IMG/VR virus record: IMGVR_UViG_3300033149_002562
Source: an uncultured virus (IMG/VR IMGVR_UViG_3300033149_002562)
Taxonomy: Duplodnaviria > Heunggongvirae > Uroviricota > Caudoviricetes
Length of the DNA: 64,000 nt
Reading direction: 5' to 3' (one strand)
Positions 36,761 through 47,263 of this stretch are shown here, in pieces. Every line of letters starts with the position of its first letter. Position 1 is the first letter of the stretch. Position numbers and translations under genes: made by a program. The notes below the pieces were generated by a model. It did no database searches. It was not told where the DNA came from and saw only the letters and a program-made list of their open reading frames with translations.

Positions 36761-39064
36761 CTAACCAAGCCCCACGTTGATGTTTTCGATGGCCCCTTTG
36801 ATGCCCTTGAAGATTGAGTCTGCGCGTCCCTTGAATATTTCGAGAGCTTCCTTTGTGTTGTCAGCTACCTCTTTCGTCGGGTCTTTTTTGTAGAGCGAGA
36901 GCTGTATCTGCTTCCACTGATCCGCAAGCCCGACGAATCCGGTCGGACCGCGCACTGCCGTCGCTTCTACTTTTTTGCCGCCCGCTACTATCCCGCGCCC
37001 GATTTCCGCTGCTAATTGACCCCCGGTTGTCAAAGCGACGCCTGCTGCCGCTCGCCCCGCTCCCAAGTATCCCGCTAACAGCGAGCGGCCGTAGCCAAGA
37101 AACCTTCCGCCAACAGCCATCGTAGCGGCACGCATTCGTGTACGACGATCAGCTTCCGCACGCTCAATAGCCTTCTCGCGCCCTCTCTGCACCTTTGTCC
37201 AAAACAATCTGTTGCGCGCAGTATGGCCTGCCGTTACTTTTGCTTCTGCCTCCCTTGCTAGCAATTCGGTACGCCGGACTTCTGGCTCGGCTACCATTCG
37301 CATCCGCCATGCAAGATACTGTGGTATACTAGTACCTCCGCCCAAGTTATACTTCCTTCGCAATTCCTTCCATTCTGTGCCGAATATCTCGCCTTCCTCT
37401 TGAAGCCGCTTCGCCTTTTTCCAATCCGCCAAAAGACTATCGTACCTAGCCTTCGCCGCATCGGCTGCTGCCCGTCTCTTTTTGGCAATGCCGGCCCATT
37501 CTCGCATGTATTCAGGGCTACCAACGAACTCCAATTCCTTTCCTTCCGCCGCTGCTTCAGCCTCTCTGAAACGAAGTTCTCCGCCTTTTTCAACCTCTAA
37601 TCGCTCGCCAAGCTTTTGTCGGCGTTTGTCGATTTCGTCCATGGCGTCTTCGTAGCCGGCTAGCAATTTGATGTTGCGATACAAAACATCGCCGAAAGCT
37701 TCGCCTCTTAGCTTAGCCTCTACAAAAGACTGTGCGACGAGGCCGAGCACAAACGCAAGCCCAGTTATGCCAAGTGAGGTAGTCAACCCAAGTACGGCAG
37801 CTTTCAGCCCTACTAGCCCGCCGCCGAGCGCCGTGGCGGCAGCGAATATCGCATAGAGCCCTTGGGCGATCTTTGGCATGAGGATAGCGATGATCGACAG
37901 CTTGGCTCCGATCTCCACGAAACGGATCAGTCGCTCGATGAACGCATCACCCTCCGCGCCTGCTTGCAATAGGCTGGTCCAGTGCTTTACGACTTTCGCA
38001 AGCGGGGGAATGACCTTCTCACCCAACGCGATTGCGAACCCCTCGAATGCCGATTTCAGCAACAACACCTTGCCCTCTAACGTATCGAGCATCGTCTTGG
38101 CGATCTGCTTCGCCGTACCGTCAGCGTTTTGGAGCGAGGTTTCGTATTTACGGATAGCATCGCCGCCCTCGGCCAACAGCGCGGAGAATGCAGCCATCGC
38201 GCGCGTGCCCGCAAGCGCCGCCGTGATTGCCTGCTGTTCGACTGGCGTAAACTTTTGTAGCGCGGCCTTCACCTCATCCACGATGTCGGCCATGTGCTTC
38301 ATTTTGCCGTTTTGGTCGGAGATGCTTACGCCGAGCAACTCCAACGCCTTGCGCACCTCGGACGGCTGACGCTGGAGTCGAATAAGCATGTTGCGGAGCG
38401 CCGTACCGGCCATCTGTCCCTGAATGCCAGCGTTGCTCATTACCTGAATCGTTGCGGTCAACTCCTCGATGCTCTTACCCGCCGTGCGACCCATCGGACC
38501 GACATACTTGAACGCTTCGCCGAGTTGCAACAGGTCGGTATTGCTCGTGGTGAACGCCTTGGTGAGTACGTCTACCGCGTGCGTGGTCTCGCTTGCAGAT
38601 AACCCCATCCCCGCCATGAGTTTTGCTACGATGTCGGCCGCCGCCGCTACGTCGAGTTGTCCGGCCGCTGCCATATCGAGCGTCGCTGGCATGGCCTGAA
38701 TGATCTTATCGGCCTTGAAACCAGCCAACCCGAAGTAGCCCATCGCGTCGGCCGCCTCCCTGGCCGTGTAGCGGGTCGTGCTGCCTAGCAGCCGCGCTGT
38801 AGCATTGAGGCGATCAAACTCGTCCGTGCTCGCGTTCGTCAGCGCCTTGACGCGGGCCATGCCTTGCTCGAAAGCAGCCGCCGTCTTGATGGCATACGCC
38901 ATGCCAGCGGCCCCCAACATCAAGCCCATCTTCGCTTTCCTGGCAACTGCCTGCATTCCGGCTATCGTCGCCTCGAAGCGAGCTTTAGCTGCGCCGAGCT
39001 GGCGGTCGAGGGCCTTGCGATTGACCCCGATCAACAGATATGCTTCGCCTAGCTTGAGCGCCAT
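36761..39064 (-). CDS. phage tail tape measure protein (TP901-type)
   Basis: FEQGMARVKA...LGSTTRYTAREAADAM...AGF...QLGEAFKYVGP...GQMAGTALR core. Confidence 0.93.
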   Translation of the reverse strand: MALKLGEAYLLIGVNRKALDRQLGAAKARFEATIAGMQAVARKAKMGLMLGAAGMAYAIKTAAAFEQGMARVKALTNASTDEFDRLNATARLLGSTTRYTAREAADAMGYFGLAGFKADKIIQAMPATLDMAAAGQLDVAAAADIVAKLMAGMGLSASETTHAVDVLTKAFTTSNTDLLQLGEAFKYVGPMGRTAGKSIEELTATIQVMSNAGIQGQMAGTALRNMLIRLQRQPSEVRKALELLGVSISDQNGKMKHMADIVDEVKAALQKFTPVEQQAITAALAGTRAMAAFSALLAEGGDAIRKYETSLQNADGTAKQIAKTMLDTLEGKVLLLKSAFEGFAIALGEKVIPPLAKVVKHWTSLLQAGAEGDAFIERLIRFVEIGAKLSIIAILMPKIAQGLYAIFAAATALGGGLVGLKAAVLGLTTSLGITGLAFVLGLVAQSFVEAKLRGEAFGDVLYRNIKLLAGYEDAMDEIDKRRQKLGERLEVEKGGELRFREAEAAAEGKELEFVGSPEYMREWAGIAKKRRAAADAAKARYDSLLADWKKAKRLQEEGEIFGTEWKELRRKYNLGGGTSIPQYLAWRMRMVAEPEVRRTELLAREAEAKVTAGHTARNRLFWTKVQRGREKAIERAEADRRTRMRAATMAVGGRFLGYGRSLLAGYLGAGRAAAGVALTTGGQLAAEIGRGIVAGGKKVEATAVRGPTGFVGLADQWKQIQLSLYKKDPTKEVADNTKEALEIFKGRADSIFKGIKGAIENINVGLG

Positions 39065-39357
39065 CCGACGAACTCCTTTAACCATCGAGCGAATTTCTCT
39101 CGCCCACGCGCAATCCGCGCACCAAGCGACTTGACCGTGGGATCACGCTTGTCAGATACGCGGCCCGGACCGAGATTCGACAGCGGCTCGATGAACGTGC
39201 GTATCTGAAACCACGTCATTCGTCCTATTTGCTCCGGTGTGAATCCGTACTCCTCCGCTAAGCCTCGGCAGATTCGACGCCAGGGGATGGGCTTGTATTT
39301 GCCGCCTTCGTCGTCTCTACCTGCTTCGCCGTAGCTGCCGAGCCAGTCGAGTTTCCC
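39049..39357 (-). CDS. tail assembly chaperone GT extension (-1 frameshift frame)
   Basis: Slippery G-GGA-AAC at 39351-39357; -1 frame open for 102 codons (...LAEEYGFTPEQIGRMTWFQI...). Confidence 0.7.
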   Translation of the reverse strand, partial: GKLDWLGSYGEAGRDDEGGKYKPIPWRRICRGLAEEYGFTPEQIGRMTWFQIRTFIEPLSNLGPGRVSDKRDPTVKSLGARIARGREKFARWLKEFVGWRSS

Positions 39358-39887
39358 AAGGGGTCCTCCCCACTCGTAGCGGTCAAGTCACGATGCAGGT
39401 CGCCGATTATTTTTTCCATCGCTTCCTGTTCGGCCACCTCGCGCTCCATGTTCAGCCGGACAAAATTGAGTATCTGCTGCTCGATGTCCTGCCGCAGCAA
39501 CTCCTCTACCTTGGCGAACGGCCGTTCGGACAGACTGCCATCCGGTGCTCGATCCGTCATCTCGGGATGGTGCTCCCTGATCTGTGTCCACGTAATGAAC
39601 GCGGTGCCTTCCACCGTGTCAAACCACTGCCCGAGGGTTTCCCGTGACACGAATCGCGCTTGCAATGCTCGATCCGTAAGCTTATCGAGCATCGCGTTCA
39701 GTACGATGGGGTTGTCGGCGAATTCCTCCACCGCCCGTTTCGCCAGTGCTATCGGGTCCGGCTGCTGCTTCAGCAACCATTGCTCGGCCTCGGCGTGAAA
39801 CTGCGCGAAGCGTGCCGACGCCTTGAACTTCTTTCCGCCGAGCGTAATCTCAGTGGGCGAGGCGAACATCCTCGCTGCGTTGTCCAT
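39258..39887 (-). CDS. tail assembly chaperone (G)
   Basis: Between tail tube and tape measure; slippery site near the 3' end. Confidence 0.7.
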   Translation of the reverse strand: MDNAARMFASPTEITLGGKKFKASARFAQFHAEAEQWLLKQQPDPIALAKRAVEEFADNPIVLNAMLDKLTDRALQARFVSRETLGQWFDTVEGTAFITWTQIREHHPEMTDRAPDGSLSERPFAKVEELLRQDIEQQILNFVRLNMEREVAEQEAMEKIIGDLHRDLTATSGEDPLGNSTGSAATAKQVETTKAANTSPSPGVESAEA

Positions 39888-39918
39888 AGCGTTCCTCCTT
39901 TATCGCAGCGAATAGCCA

Positions 39919-40302
39919 TCAATAGCTACCGCTGCTTTGCCAGTTGATCGTCCACGAAACCGCGGCACCGGAATCGCCGTCTACCTCGGTGGATAGCGAC
40001 GTAACCTGCGCGGTAATCGTATGCTTCCTCTCGCCGCCGCCTGTATCAGTCGATTCGTACAGGTACAGCGTTATCTCGTCGCCAGGAGCAACGAGAGTGT
40101 CAATCGGCTCGTCGAAGTTTTGCTTCCCTTCAATCGTTCCGGTAGCGAAGCGGTTGCCCGTCTCGCCAGTCTTGAATCCGCCGCCGCCGAACGTACCGAA
40201 CTGTTCGGCATCGACCTGATCCTCCATCGACCATGAATGGGCCTCGCCGTAGGTGCTCGACCCAAAATCGACTTGGCCGTACTTTCCAGACCGCGTACTC
40301 AT
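39919..40302 (-). CDS. tail tube protein
   Basis: SGKYGQV...WSM...ATGTIEG...VTSLSTEVD...VSWTINWQSSG; position. Confidence 0.65.
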   Translation of the reverse strand: MSTRSGKYGQVDFGSSTYGEAHSWSMEDQVDAEQFGTFGGGGFKTGETGNRFATGTIEGKQNFDEPIDTLVAPGDEITLYLYESTDTGGGERKHTITAQVTSLSTEVDGDSGAAVSWTINWQSSGSY

Positions 40303-40374
40303 TTCACGACCCTCCTTTTGGTACTAATAACGTTACTCACACTGTCGCGTGGTCCGAACTCCTCTCCTGTTTTC

Positions 40375-40938
40375 TTAGCCGCCGACGCCAGCGATTACAA
40401 TGTCATACTCGATGTCGCCGCCGCTCGCTGCGCTGCCATCATGCTCTATTTGCAGCACGTCTTGCACACCGGGGTCAACGCGGTATCCATCGACGGGAGC
40501 AACGAGCAACAGCGCGCCGCCCGACCGGACTCGCAGCTTGGCGTTTTGGTCCCCATTGAATGGTGCTCCCCAAGCAAGCGACGCGACACCGGCCCCGCCA
40601 ACGAGGATGTCTTGGCCCGCCGTCGTCGTCCAACCGCCCGAACCGTCAGGCGCGCCGCGATTGATTATTAGCAATACCTTGATCTCCATCATCAGTACGC
40701 TGTCGCCGAACTTATCGAGCAACGAACCGGACAGATCAAGCTGTTCCGTCGTGCTATTCAGCGTTACCGTGCGACGGGCGCGATACATGCGATTTACCTG
40801 ATTGCTCCCGGTGCCGCTCGTGAATTGCGTCAGTAGTCGAAACGTCGTCTCGTCAACTGGGTCGGAGATTTCGTCCGAAGTCTCCTCGTACTTCCAGTAG
40901 ACTTGATGCCACGTTCGGAGCGTCAGCGACTTCGACAT
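40375..40938 (-). CDS. putative virion structural protein
   Basis: Beta-rich ORF in the head-tail block. Confidence 0.5.
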   Translation of the reverse strand: MSKSLTLRTWHQVYWKYEETSDEISDPVDETTFRLLTQFTSGTGSNQVNRMYRARRTVTLNSTTEQLDLSGSLLDKFGDSVLMMEIKVLLIINRGAPDGSGGWTTTAGQDILVGGAGVASLAWGAPFNGDQNAKLRVRSGGALLLVAPVDGYRVDPGVQDVLQIEHDGSAASGGDIEYDIVIAGVGG

Positions 40939-40939
40939 C

Positions 40940-41347
40940 TCACCTATCCTCCGAGTATTCGACGGTAAACGTCAGCACGCACATCCACACGTCGGGATAG
41001 TCCGGGTCTATCGCGTAGCGGCGAGGCGATTGCTCGATCCGTATGACGTTCCGCCCCGTCATGCTCAAACTACTCTCGCAATCATCAAACGCCGCCTCTA
41101 CCAAATCGGCGGCAGCCCTAACTAACTCTTGTGTGGAGTGTACGACGGTTATACTGAACTCATGGCGATAGTATTTCGACGCGAAGCTGCCGCCAAGTTG
41201 CACTTCGTCTCCTGGTGACAATACCGCAAACGGTTTGTCCTCGCTGGGGTCTGCCTCAGCCATTAGTAGCTCACTAAACTCGCCTGACGCAACAAGAGTA
41301 ACGTCGGCGTCGAAGTGCGTCTTAATGGCCGTGTAGAAATCCGACAT
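40940..41347 (-). CDS. tail terminator/completion protein
   Basis: Size, synteny, PFAVL...FSITV...ADLVEAAFD. Confidence 0.6.
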   Translation of the reverse strand: MSDFYTAIKTHFDADVTLVASGEFSELLMAEADPSEDKPFAVLSPGDEVQLGGSFASKYYRHEFSITVVHSTQELVRAAADLVEAAFDDCESSLSMTGRNVIRIEQSPRRYAIDPDYPDVWMCVLTFTVEYSEDR

Positions 41348-41350
41348 AGA

Positions 41351-41950
41351 TCAAAACTTCGTGAGCGTCAGTTTTGCAGTGCCCTTGAACGCAATATGCT
41401 TCTTCATCTCCGCTATCATCATGTTGCGAAAGAGCGCGACGTTATCTTCGACTGTCTTCCACAGATAGGGGCGGGGGGCCGTACCGGGATGATGGACTGC
41501 TCGCTTGAATATCCACGTCCAAGCGCCGGTGTCGGGGTCAGTACCTGGATACGCAAGTGACTTCTTTCGTTTCGCTGAGATAGGGTGCGATTTCGTACCA
41601 AGCTCCAAATACTTGCCATACTTCAGCTCCGTCCTGACCACCGACTTGAGCCTCGCCACGTCAATATCCCAGAAGATGGACTGCTTTAGCTTGCCCCCGT
41701 CGGATCGAGGCGGCTCGCCCGGTTTGCTGTGAACCTTCCTCATCGGGGGACCGGCACCCGGTTTCGGGAACCTCGTCCCACCGGTGCCGGGCCTCGCCGA
41801 TTTGCTGATCTTGGCGACTACCATAACCTGCGCCGTGGCAGCTACCTTGCGCAGACCATTCGCGGCGGCCAGATTGATTACCTTCTGTACCTGCTTGCCC
41901 GCCCATTTCACTACCGCCCCGTGCGGTTTTGTCGATTTGCCTATCGCCAT
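41351..41950 (-). CDS. HK97 gp10-like neck/tail completion protein
   Basis: SKPGEPP...GKLKQSI, YGKYLELGT, HPGTAPRPYL. Confidence 0.8.
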   Translation of the reverse strand: MAIGKSTKPHGAVVKWAGKQVQKVINLAAANGLRKVAATAQVMVVAKISKSARPGTGGTRFPKPGAGPPMRKVHSKPGEPPRSDGGKLKQSIFWDIDVARLKSVVRTELKYGKYLELGTKSHPISAKRKKSLAYPGTDPDTGAWTWIFKRAVHHPGTAPRPYLWKTVEDNVALFRNMMIAEMKKHIAFKGTAKLTLTKF

Positions 41951-41952
41951 CG

Positions 41953-42288
41953 CTACTGCCTTTGCTCGGACTCCAACGCCAGTACCTTCCACACTTTGTC
42001 AAGCTCGTCCTGATTCAGCGGCTTGCTCTGTACGTCAAACCGTCGCGTCCCTTCGTAGAGCAAATAGTCGCCACCCTCCACGCCAGGGTCTTGGCCGAAG
42101 TAGATCACGTGGCTTACCTGGTATCCTCGCTGCTCAGCTAGCGTTATGTCGCTCGAACGTGCGGGCTGAATGAAGCACGCCAGGTCAGCGCCGCGAGTCC
42201 ACGTGAACGCGCGGCTGCCAGCAGTCCCGCGAGTCGAGGACCGGGTGTAAATCGTCACTTCGTGATAGAAAATGTTGTCGAAAGGCAT
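41953..42288 (-). CDS. head closure (head-tail adaptor) protein
   Basis: Size and synteny; CFIQP...SHVIY...GD. Confidence 0.6.
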   Translation of the reverse strand: MPFDNIFYHEVTIYTRSSTRGTAGSRAFTWTRGADLACFIQPARSSDITLAEQRGYQVSHVIYFGQDPGVEGGDYLLYEGTRRFDVQSKPLNQDELDKVWKVLALESEQRQ

Positions 42289-42297
42289 CGTTTCAAT

Positions 42298-43032
42298 TCA
42301 CAGAAACCGACTGCACCGCACAAACCGCCGCAATTTCTTCTTCGCCGTAACGGGCATATCGTAGCTTGCAGGCACAGACTCGTAACTCACAAAGTAGTCG
42401 CCAATCTTCTCCTGTTGCACAACTCCCGATTGCCGACCGCGTGCCGCGAATGCCTGCTGCACGGCCAGCAGACATGCGAGCTTGATGTCGGCCGCAATCC
42501 CGGTCGTCAATTCAGCTTGCGTGTAGCCAGCCGTATATGTCACCTTCACCGTGCGGGGGATTGTCGGCCAATTGGCTCCGATTCTTCGCAGTGCGCCCGA
42601 CTTGCACAGCCCGGAGCTGTCGATGTCGAGGTAATAGTCATCTCCACTCGCAAGCAACGTCGATGCTGGAAAGTCCCCGTCACCTTGGTCCGCGTATGCG
42701 GTTTCGTCCTCATATACTGACGCGATGCTTCGCACCGGGATTTCTGGCAGGTAAAGCACTGCCCTAGCTGGTACTCTGCCAAACGCGCTTGCCGCTACGG
42801 CTTTGCCGTTTTGCACATCGTAGAATCTGATTTCCGGGCTCTCTGTGCTTCTGCCGGTGCCGATTGGCAGATAGTGGGTGTAAGTCGCCTCCTCGATCTG
42901 ATAGCCAACAAAGCCCTTGACTTGCTGCTCGACCATCGGCAACAACATGTTCAGCGCGCCACGCTGCGCCGTGGTAGCAGTTCCCGCGAGTCCCAAAAAC
43001 GTCAATGCCTCGGCTTCGCTTAGTATCGCCAC
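42298..43032 (-). CDS. head-tail connector protein
   Basis: LPEIPVRSIASV, VKVTYTAGY, DIKLACL, EKIGDYFVSY. Confidence 0.8.
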   Translation of the reverse strand: MAILSEAEALTFLGLAGTATTAQRGALNMLLPMVEQQVKGFVGYQIEEATYTHYLPIGTGRSTESPEIRFYDVQNGKAVAASAFGRVPARAVLYLPEIPVRSIASVYEDETAYADQGDGDFPASTLLASGDDYYLDIDSSGLCKSGALRRIGANWPTIPRTVKVTYTAGYTQAELTTGIAADIKLACLLAVQQAFAARGRQSGVVQQEKIGDYFVSYESVPASYDMPVTAKKKLRRFVRCSRFL

Positions 43033-43043
43033 GGTCGGGCCTC

Positions 43044-43436
43044 CTAAGTCTTCCCCACGTCGCCGTCCCCGCTCGGGACGATATGCAGCACGCCACGTTC
43101 TGCCGTTTTGATCGCGTCAGCCGGAGTTGTTTCACTGTCGTCAACCACTGCCACCTCAACGTCGTAGGTTCCTTGCAGCGACGCAGTATCGCCTTGCGCT
43201 AGTCGTAGCGTTACGCTCGCATAGGTTGTCGATCCGTCCCCCAATTCATCTACAGTCACACTCGATCCGTTACTTGACGCCGCGACCGAATCCAGGTCCA
43301 AGATAGTCGTGCCAGCACGGCTCACCTTTACTCGCACTACGTCGGTCGCGGCAAGTTGCAAATACCCTCCGCTAGCCGTCTTGATCGCGATAGTCCAGTC
43401 CGTCGTGCGATTGGCTTGGCAGATGATCTCGAACAT
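43044..43436 (-). CDS. putative virion protein (BppU N-terminal-like)
   Basis: LAQGDTASLQGTYDVEV pattern. Confidence 0.45.
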   Translation of the reverse strand: MFEIICQANRTTDWTIAIKTASGGYLQLAATDVVRVKVSRAGTTILDLDSVAASSNGSSVTVDELGDGSTTYASVTLRLAQGDTASLQGTYDVEVAVVDDSETTPADAIKTAERGVLHIVPSGDGDVGKT

Positions 43437-43437
43437 G

Positions 43438-43641
43438 CTAGGACTCCCTACGACTAAACGTTACGTCGCCTGCTCCGGTCCTCGACCATGCCGCGTTGCC
43501 GACCCCACTCTGTACCGGGACTGCATCGCCAACGCCCAATCGGGTAAGCACAGCATCGCCGGGGAACTTAGGATTCCCAGCAGCGGGCGTTGCCGACTTC
43601 CACCGCAGCACGAACGCTAACAAATCGAAGAATCCGGCCAT
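43438..43641 (-). CDS. small hypothetical protein
   Basis: TGATG-coupled to the upstream gene. Confidence 0.45.
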   Translation of the reverse strand: MAGFFDLLAFVLRWKSATPAAGNPKFPGDAVLTRLGVGDAVPVQSGVGNAAWSRTGAGDVTFSRRES

Positions 43642-46046
43642 CAGCTCACCCCCGTGATCGGATCGGCCGAAGCGTCGGTCGTTACTGTCTTGGTTGCGTG
43701 CGTCGTGCTGCCGTCCGTCCGCTTGATAGTCCAGGTCGTGTCCGAAACGCTGCTTTCGAGCATCGCCAAAACCGTCGTGCAAAGCGTGTGTTCGCCAGCC
43801 GATCCCTCGACATTGCTCACGTTACGCGAGAGCACGGCGTCGGCTACGCTATTGCGTTCGGCAGCCGTCAACGTGTACCCAGTCTTGTCTTGCGGCAACG
43901 CCGCGATGGCGTCCGGGAGTGTGGTGCCCGTGTCGGTAAGAATCTCTTGTACGGTCGCCTCTAATGCCAATGCCGATACGTCCGCTTTGCTCGCCGCCCG
44001 GCTGGCCGCGTCCGTCGTCACCTCTTCGGTCAGCCCCCGCGTTGCGTACTCCCACACCTGCTGCGCGGTAGCCCCGCTGCCCGCTGGCGCCTCCTCCAGC
44101 GCATTGGCCGTGAATCGACTCACGCCGCCGTCGTTCTCGACCAACTCGTTCAGCAATGCGGTCGCCACGCCCGGCTTGTTGGCCGGGTCGTAGTCCGCGG
44201 CCAGCAGGTGGTCCAGGTGGTTCGCCACGATCGCGTCCTGGACTTCGCTCTGAACCTCGCCGTCCCAGGAAGCGTTCCAGGGGATCGACGTGAAACTCGA
44301 TCCGTTCTCGGTCGCGGCCATCCGGCTGGACACCGCGGCGTCGAGATTGGCGATCTTGCTCTGGTCGATGGCATTGCCGTCGCTCGTGATGTTCGTCGCG
44401 TCCGTCAGCGTCCGGGTGCCGACGCTCCACACGTCCGCCGCCGCGTGCGTGCTGAACCCCGTCGCCTTGTAATCGTCCAGGGTTTCGCTCGGCACGCCCT
44501 TCTGATTCTTGCCGCCGAACGTCGTGCCGCTGGTGTGGTCGGCGATTGCCTCCTCCCAGATAGCGTCGGCAACGCCGGCGTAAGACAAGACGGACGTGTA
44601 GGTGATGTAGATTTGATCGACGTAGAGCGCCGTGCCGGCTTTCAACGAGGTGCCGTTGAATCGCACGCGGACCTTGTTGGTCGATGAGTCCTTGTGGCGT
44701 GCGAAGAGCGGGACGATTCGCACCTCGTCATCGCTGCTGCTGCTGCTCGTCACCCCCACAAAGCCGCCCAGCGGCGGTACTACGGACTCCCAAGCGCTGA
44801 TAGTCCAGTCGTACACCTCTATGTCTACGCTGTCCTGTCCGCTCGGAGAACTGCCCTCGTGGAGCCGACCCTTGACGTGCAGGTCCACCGGCACGTAGTC
44901 GTCGTCCAGCACGAACTCGTAATAGATGTCGATGGTGCCGCCGGACGACGTGATGGTGTGGTACACCTCATCGAGGCCGTAAGTATCGGACAGTGAGCCG
45001 CCCTCGGTCCCGGTGGTGATCGTGCGGCTGTCGGCTATTTCGGCCACGCTCGCCGCGGCGACGCCGACGTTGAACACGGCGGCCAAGATCGTCGATGAAC
45101 TCTCGTCCAGATTGCCGATGTTCGCTTCCACGTTGTCGGCCGCCGCGGTGCTGTCGCTGATTGCCTGAGCGTCCACCTTCGGCAGATTGCTTGTGCTGCC
45201 GACCGCAACGGCTGTACCGTCCCACTTGCCGACATCGACCGTATCGCTGCTCGCGTCGAACAGGAGATTGTTCCCCGAGCCATCTTCGATGGTGTGGGTA
45301 TTCAGCAGGGCGACATCGGCATCGTTGTCGTCGGAACCGCCGTATGCCGCTATTCCATGCCGACTGCCGCTTGCGTATACACCGTCGTTTCCACCAGACA
45401 CGTTAATCCCATTGTTGGTGCTGCCAGAGATGCTTATGCCGTCGTACTCTCCCCCGCAATACATGCCAGGAGCAGAGCTATCGCTGCCGTATACGTACAC
45501 TCCAGCATCGACACCTTCGCAGTAAATGCCGTAGGTACTGCCGAGAATATCTATCCCCGGTCCGCCGGAGTTGTCTATGTCCACAACCCCGTCGGAGTCG
45601 CTGCCGCTGATCGTCAGCTTGTTCAGCGTCAAGCCCGTGCCCCCGGTGCCGTCCAGGATGTCCTCCAGCTTTCCAAGATTCGCACTACTGATACCGTCCA
45701 AGTCGACGGTAAGGTTGTCGCTCCCCGCGACCAGCGAATCGTAAATCTTGGCGGGCACCACCGTAAAGTGTCGATAGACGGGCAGCGCTCCGCTCTCGTG
45801 AATCGCCACGGTCAGCGGGCCCAGCGTGTTGGTGTCCGTCGCGTCGAGCTGAAGCGAGTACCAGCCGTTCTCGTCGTGCGTCGCGCCGCCGCTGTCGTTG
45901 CTCTGCGCGAAGGCCCCGCCGTTCTTGCTGAGCCGGATGTCGGCCTGCGAGATCGTCAGCCCGGTCTCGGCCGTCTTGCCGTCGTCCTCGTCCACAAACG
46001 GGCCGAAGCGAAGCGTCTTGGCGGTAGACTGTCTGAGGTAGCTCAT
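43641..46046 (-). CDS. large acidic Gly/Ser/Thr-rich virion protein (fibre/decoration-like)
   Basis: 801 aa; GIY/GVY beta-helix-like stretch; repeated ADAIW/ADVW motifs. Confidence 0.6.
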   Translation of the reverse strand: MSYLRQSTAKTLRFGPFVDEDDGKTAETGLTISQADIRLSKNGGAFAQSNDSGGATHDENGWYSLQLDATDTNTLGPLTVAIHESGALPVYRHFTVVPAKIYDSLVAGSDNLTVDLDGISSANLGKLEDILDGTGGTGLTLNKLTISGSDSDGVVDIDNSGGPGIDILGSTYGIYCEGVDAGVYVYGSDSSAPGMYCGGEYDGISISGSTNNGINVSGGNDGVYASGSRHGIAAYGGSDDNDADVALLNTHTIEDGSGNNLLFDASSDTVDVGKWDGTAVAVGSTSNLPKVDAQAISDSTAAADNVEANIGNLDESSSTILAAVFNVGVAAASVAEIADSRTITTGTEGGSLSDTYGLDEVYHTITSSGGTIDIYYEFVLDDDYVPVDLHVKGRLHEGSSPSGQDSVDIEVYDWTISAWESVVPPLGGFVGVTSSSSSDDEVRIVPLFARHKDSSTNKVRVRFNGTSLKAGTALYVDQIYITYTSVLSYAGVADAIWEEAIADHTSGTTFGGKNQKGVPSETLDDYKATGFSTHAAADVWSVGTRTLTDATNITSDGNAIDQSKIANLDAAVSSRMAATENGSSFTSIPWNASWDGEVQSEVQDAIVANHLDHLLAADYDPANKPGVATALLNELVENDGGVSRFTANALEEAPAGSGATAQQVWEYATRGLTEEVTTDAASRAASKADVSALALEATVQEILTDTGTTLPDAIAALPQDKTGYTLTAAERNSVADAVLSRNVSNVEGSAGEHTLCTTVLAMLESSVSDTTWTIKRTDGSTTHATKTVTTDASADPITGVS

Positions 46047-47240
46047 TTATGCCGCTCCCGCCATACGGTTGTAGTGATTCCAGTGTGCGGGTATACCGCC
46101 CGCCGCCTCCGTGTAGGTCGCGTAGATCGAATACTTGCGGTTCGCGTTTCCGCTGACGCGGGAAAACGGGTCAGACAACACGCCATCGACGTAGGTGTAC
46201 GAGTCATAGTCCACTTGAAAGCCAGCTACCGAATCATAGCGTGTCTCGGTCCCGCTGCCCGAACACCACGCCAGGAAGTAGTCTGTTCCACTCGTCACCG
46301 ATACGCTGGAGTCAAGATTCTGCGTGTCCCATCCAAGCGTATTTGGTAGTGCCGCTCCCGCCGAATCCCCGAGTAGGTTATTGGGATAGCTCCCGCTCTT
46401 GTCATAGATGCCATAGGTGCCGTTGTGGCCCTCAGACTGTCTGATGTACGCCGTAACGCTGGTCGCGTCTCCGTCCGATGCAGGCGAGTGCGGGCCGAAA
46501 GCACAGACGTAATTCGATGAGAAACTGCTCGCGGTTGCCCCGATGCTCGTATAGCCGAACGTCGGCCCAACCGTGACCGGCCCCCGAGCCTCGGCCAGGA
46601 ACGCACGCGGTACGCGGATCGCCAACACGCCGGCCGACACGTCTACGGCCTCCCAATCGCACCAGACTCGCCGTCCAGTCCGGTCCTCCACCCACGGCCG
46701 CCGCAAGTGCCCAAAGCGTCCCGTCTCGTAGTTGACGATCTCATTACGGCCCCTATCCAACCAACGGCCTTCGCCCGGCACAAAGAAGACGTACCCCCCC
46801 ACCATCTCCTCCGGCCGCTCGCACCCCTCCGCAATCTCCTCGGGCGTCAACGCCGGTTGGTAATGAGCTACGGTCCCCGCAGGGAACTCCGCACGCAACT
46901 TTATCACCTCCGGCACGTCGCTAGGTGCAGCATAGACTAGCTCCCACTCCAATTCGTCTTCGCCTGTCTCGTAGAGTCGATGGAGCATCGACGCCGCTTC
47001 CGACCGTCGCCACTCAATCCGCTCGTTGTCGAACTCCGGTGCTCGGATGCTCGCCGTCTCCGCGTCCGGGTGCCATACCGTCAGCCGCTCGGCTCGGCCC
47101 CAGTCGCCCCGCCGCGGAAATCGCCTTGCTATCACTCGCGGCAAGAATCGGTCCTCATCCTCGGCACCAAGCGCAACCCGAGCCCGACCTCCGTAGCGGT
47201 CCGACTCGAATACGTGTTGCCTAGCAGGCGGTCTTCGCAC
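46047..47240 (-). CDS. putative virion protein
   Basis: Two-domain ORF with PTFGYTSIG linker and beta-rich C-terminus. Confidence 0.55.
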   Translation of the reverse strand: MRRPPARQHVFESDRYGGRARVALGAEDEDRFLPRVIARRFPRRGDWGRAERLTVWHPDAETASIRAPEFDNERIEWRRSEAASMLHRLYETGEDELEWELVYAAPSDVPEVIKLRAEFPAGTVAHYQPALTPEEIAEGCERPEEMVGGYVFFVPGEGRWLDRGRNEIVNYETGRFGHLRRPWVEDRTGRRVWCDWEAVDVSAGVLAIRVPRAFLAEARGPVTVGPTFGYTSIGATASSFSSNYVCAFGPHSPASDGDATSVTAYIRQSEGHNGTYGIYDKSGSYPNNLLGDSAGAALPNTLGWDTQNLDSSVSVTSGTDYFLAWCSGSGTETRYDSVAGFQVDYDSYTYVDGVLSDPFSRVSGNANRKYSIYATYTEAAGGIPAHWNHYNRMAGAA

Positions 47241-47263
47241 TCGCCTTCACTCCCGTCGATTCA

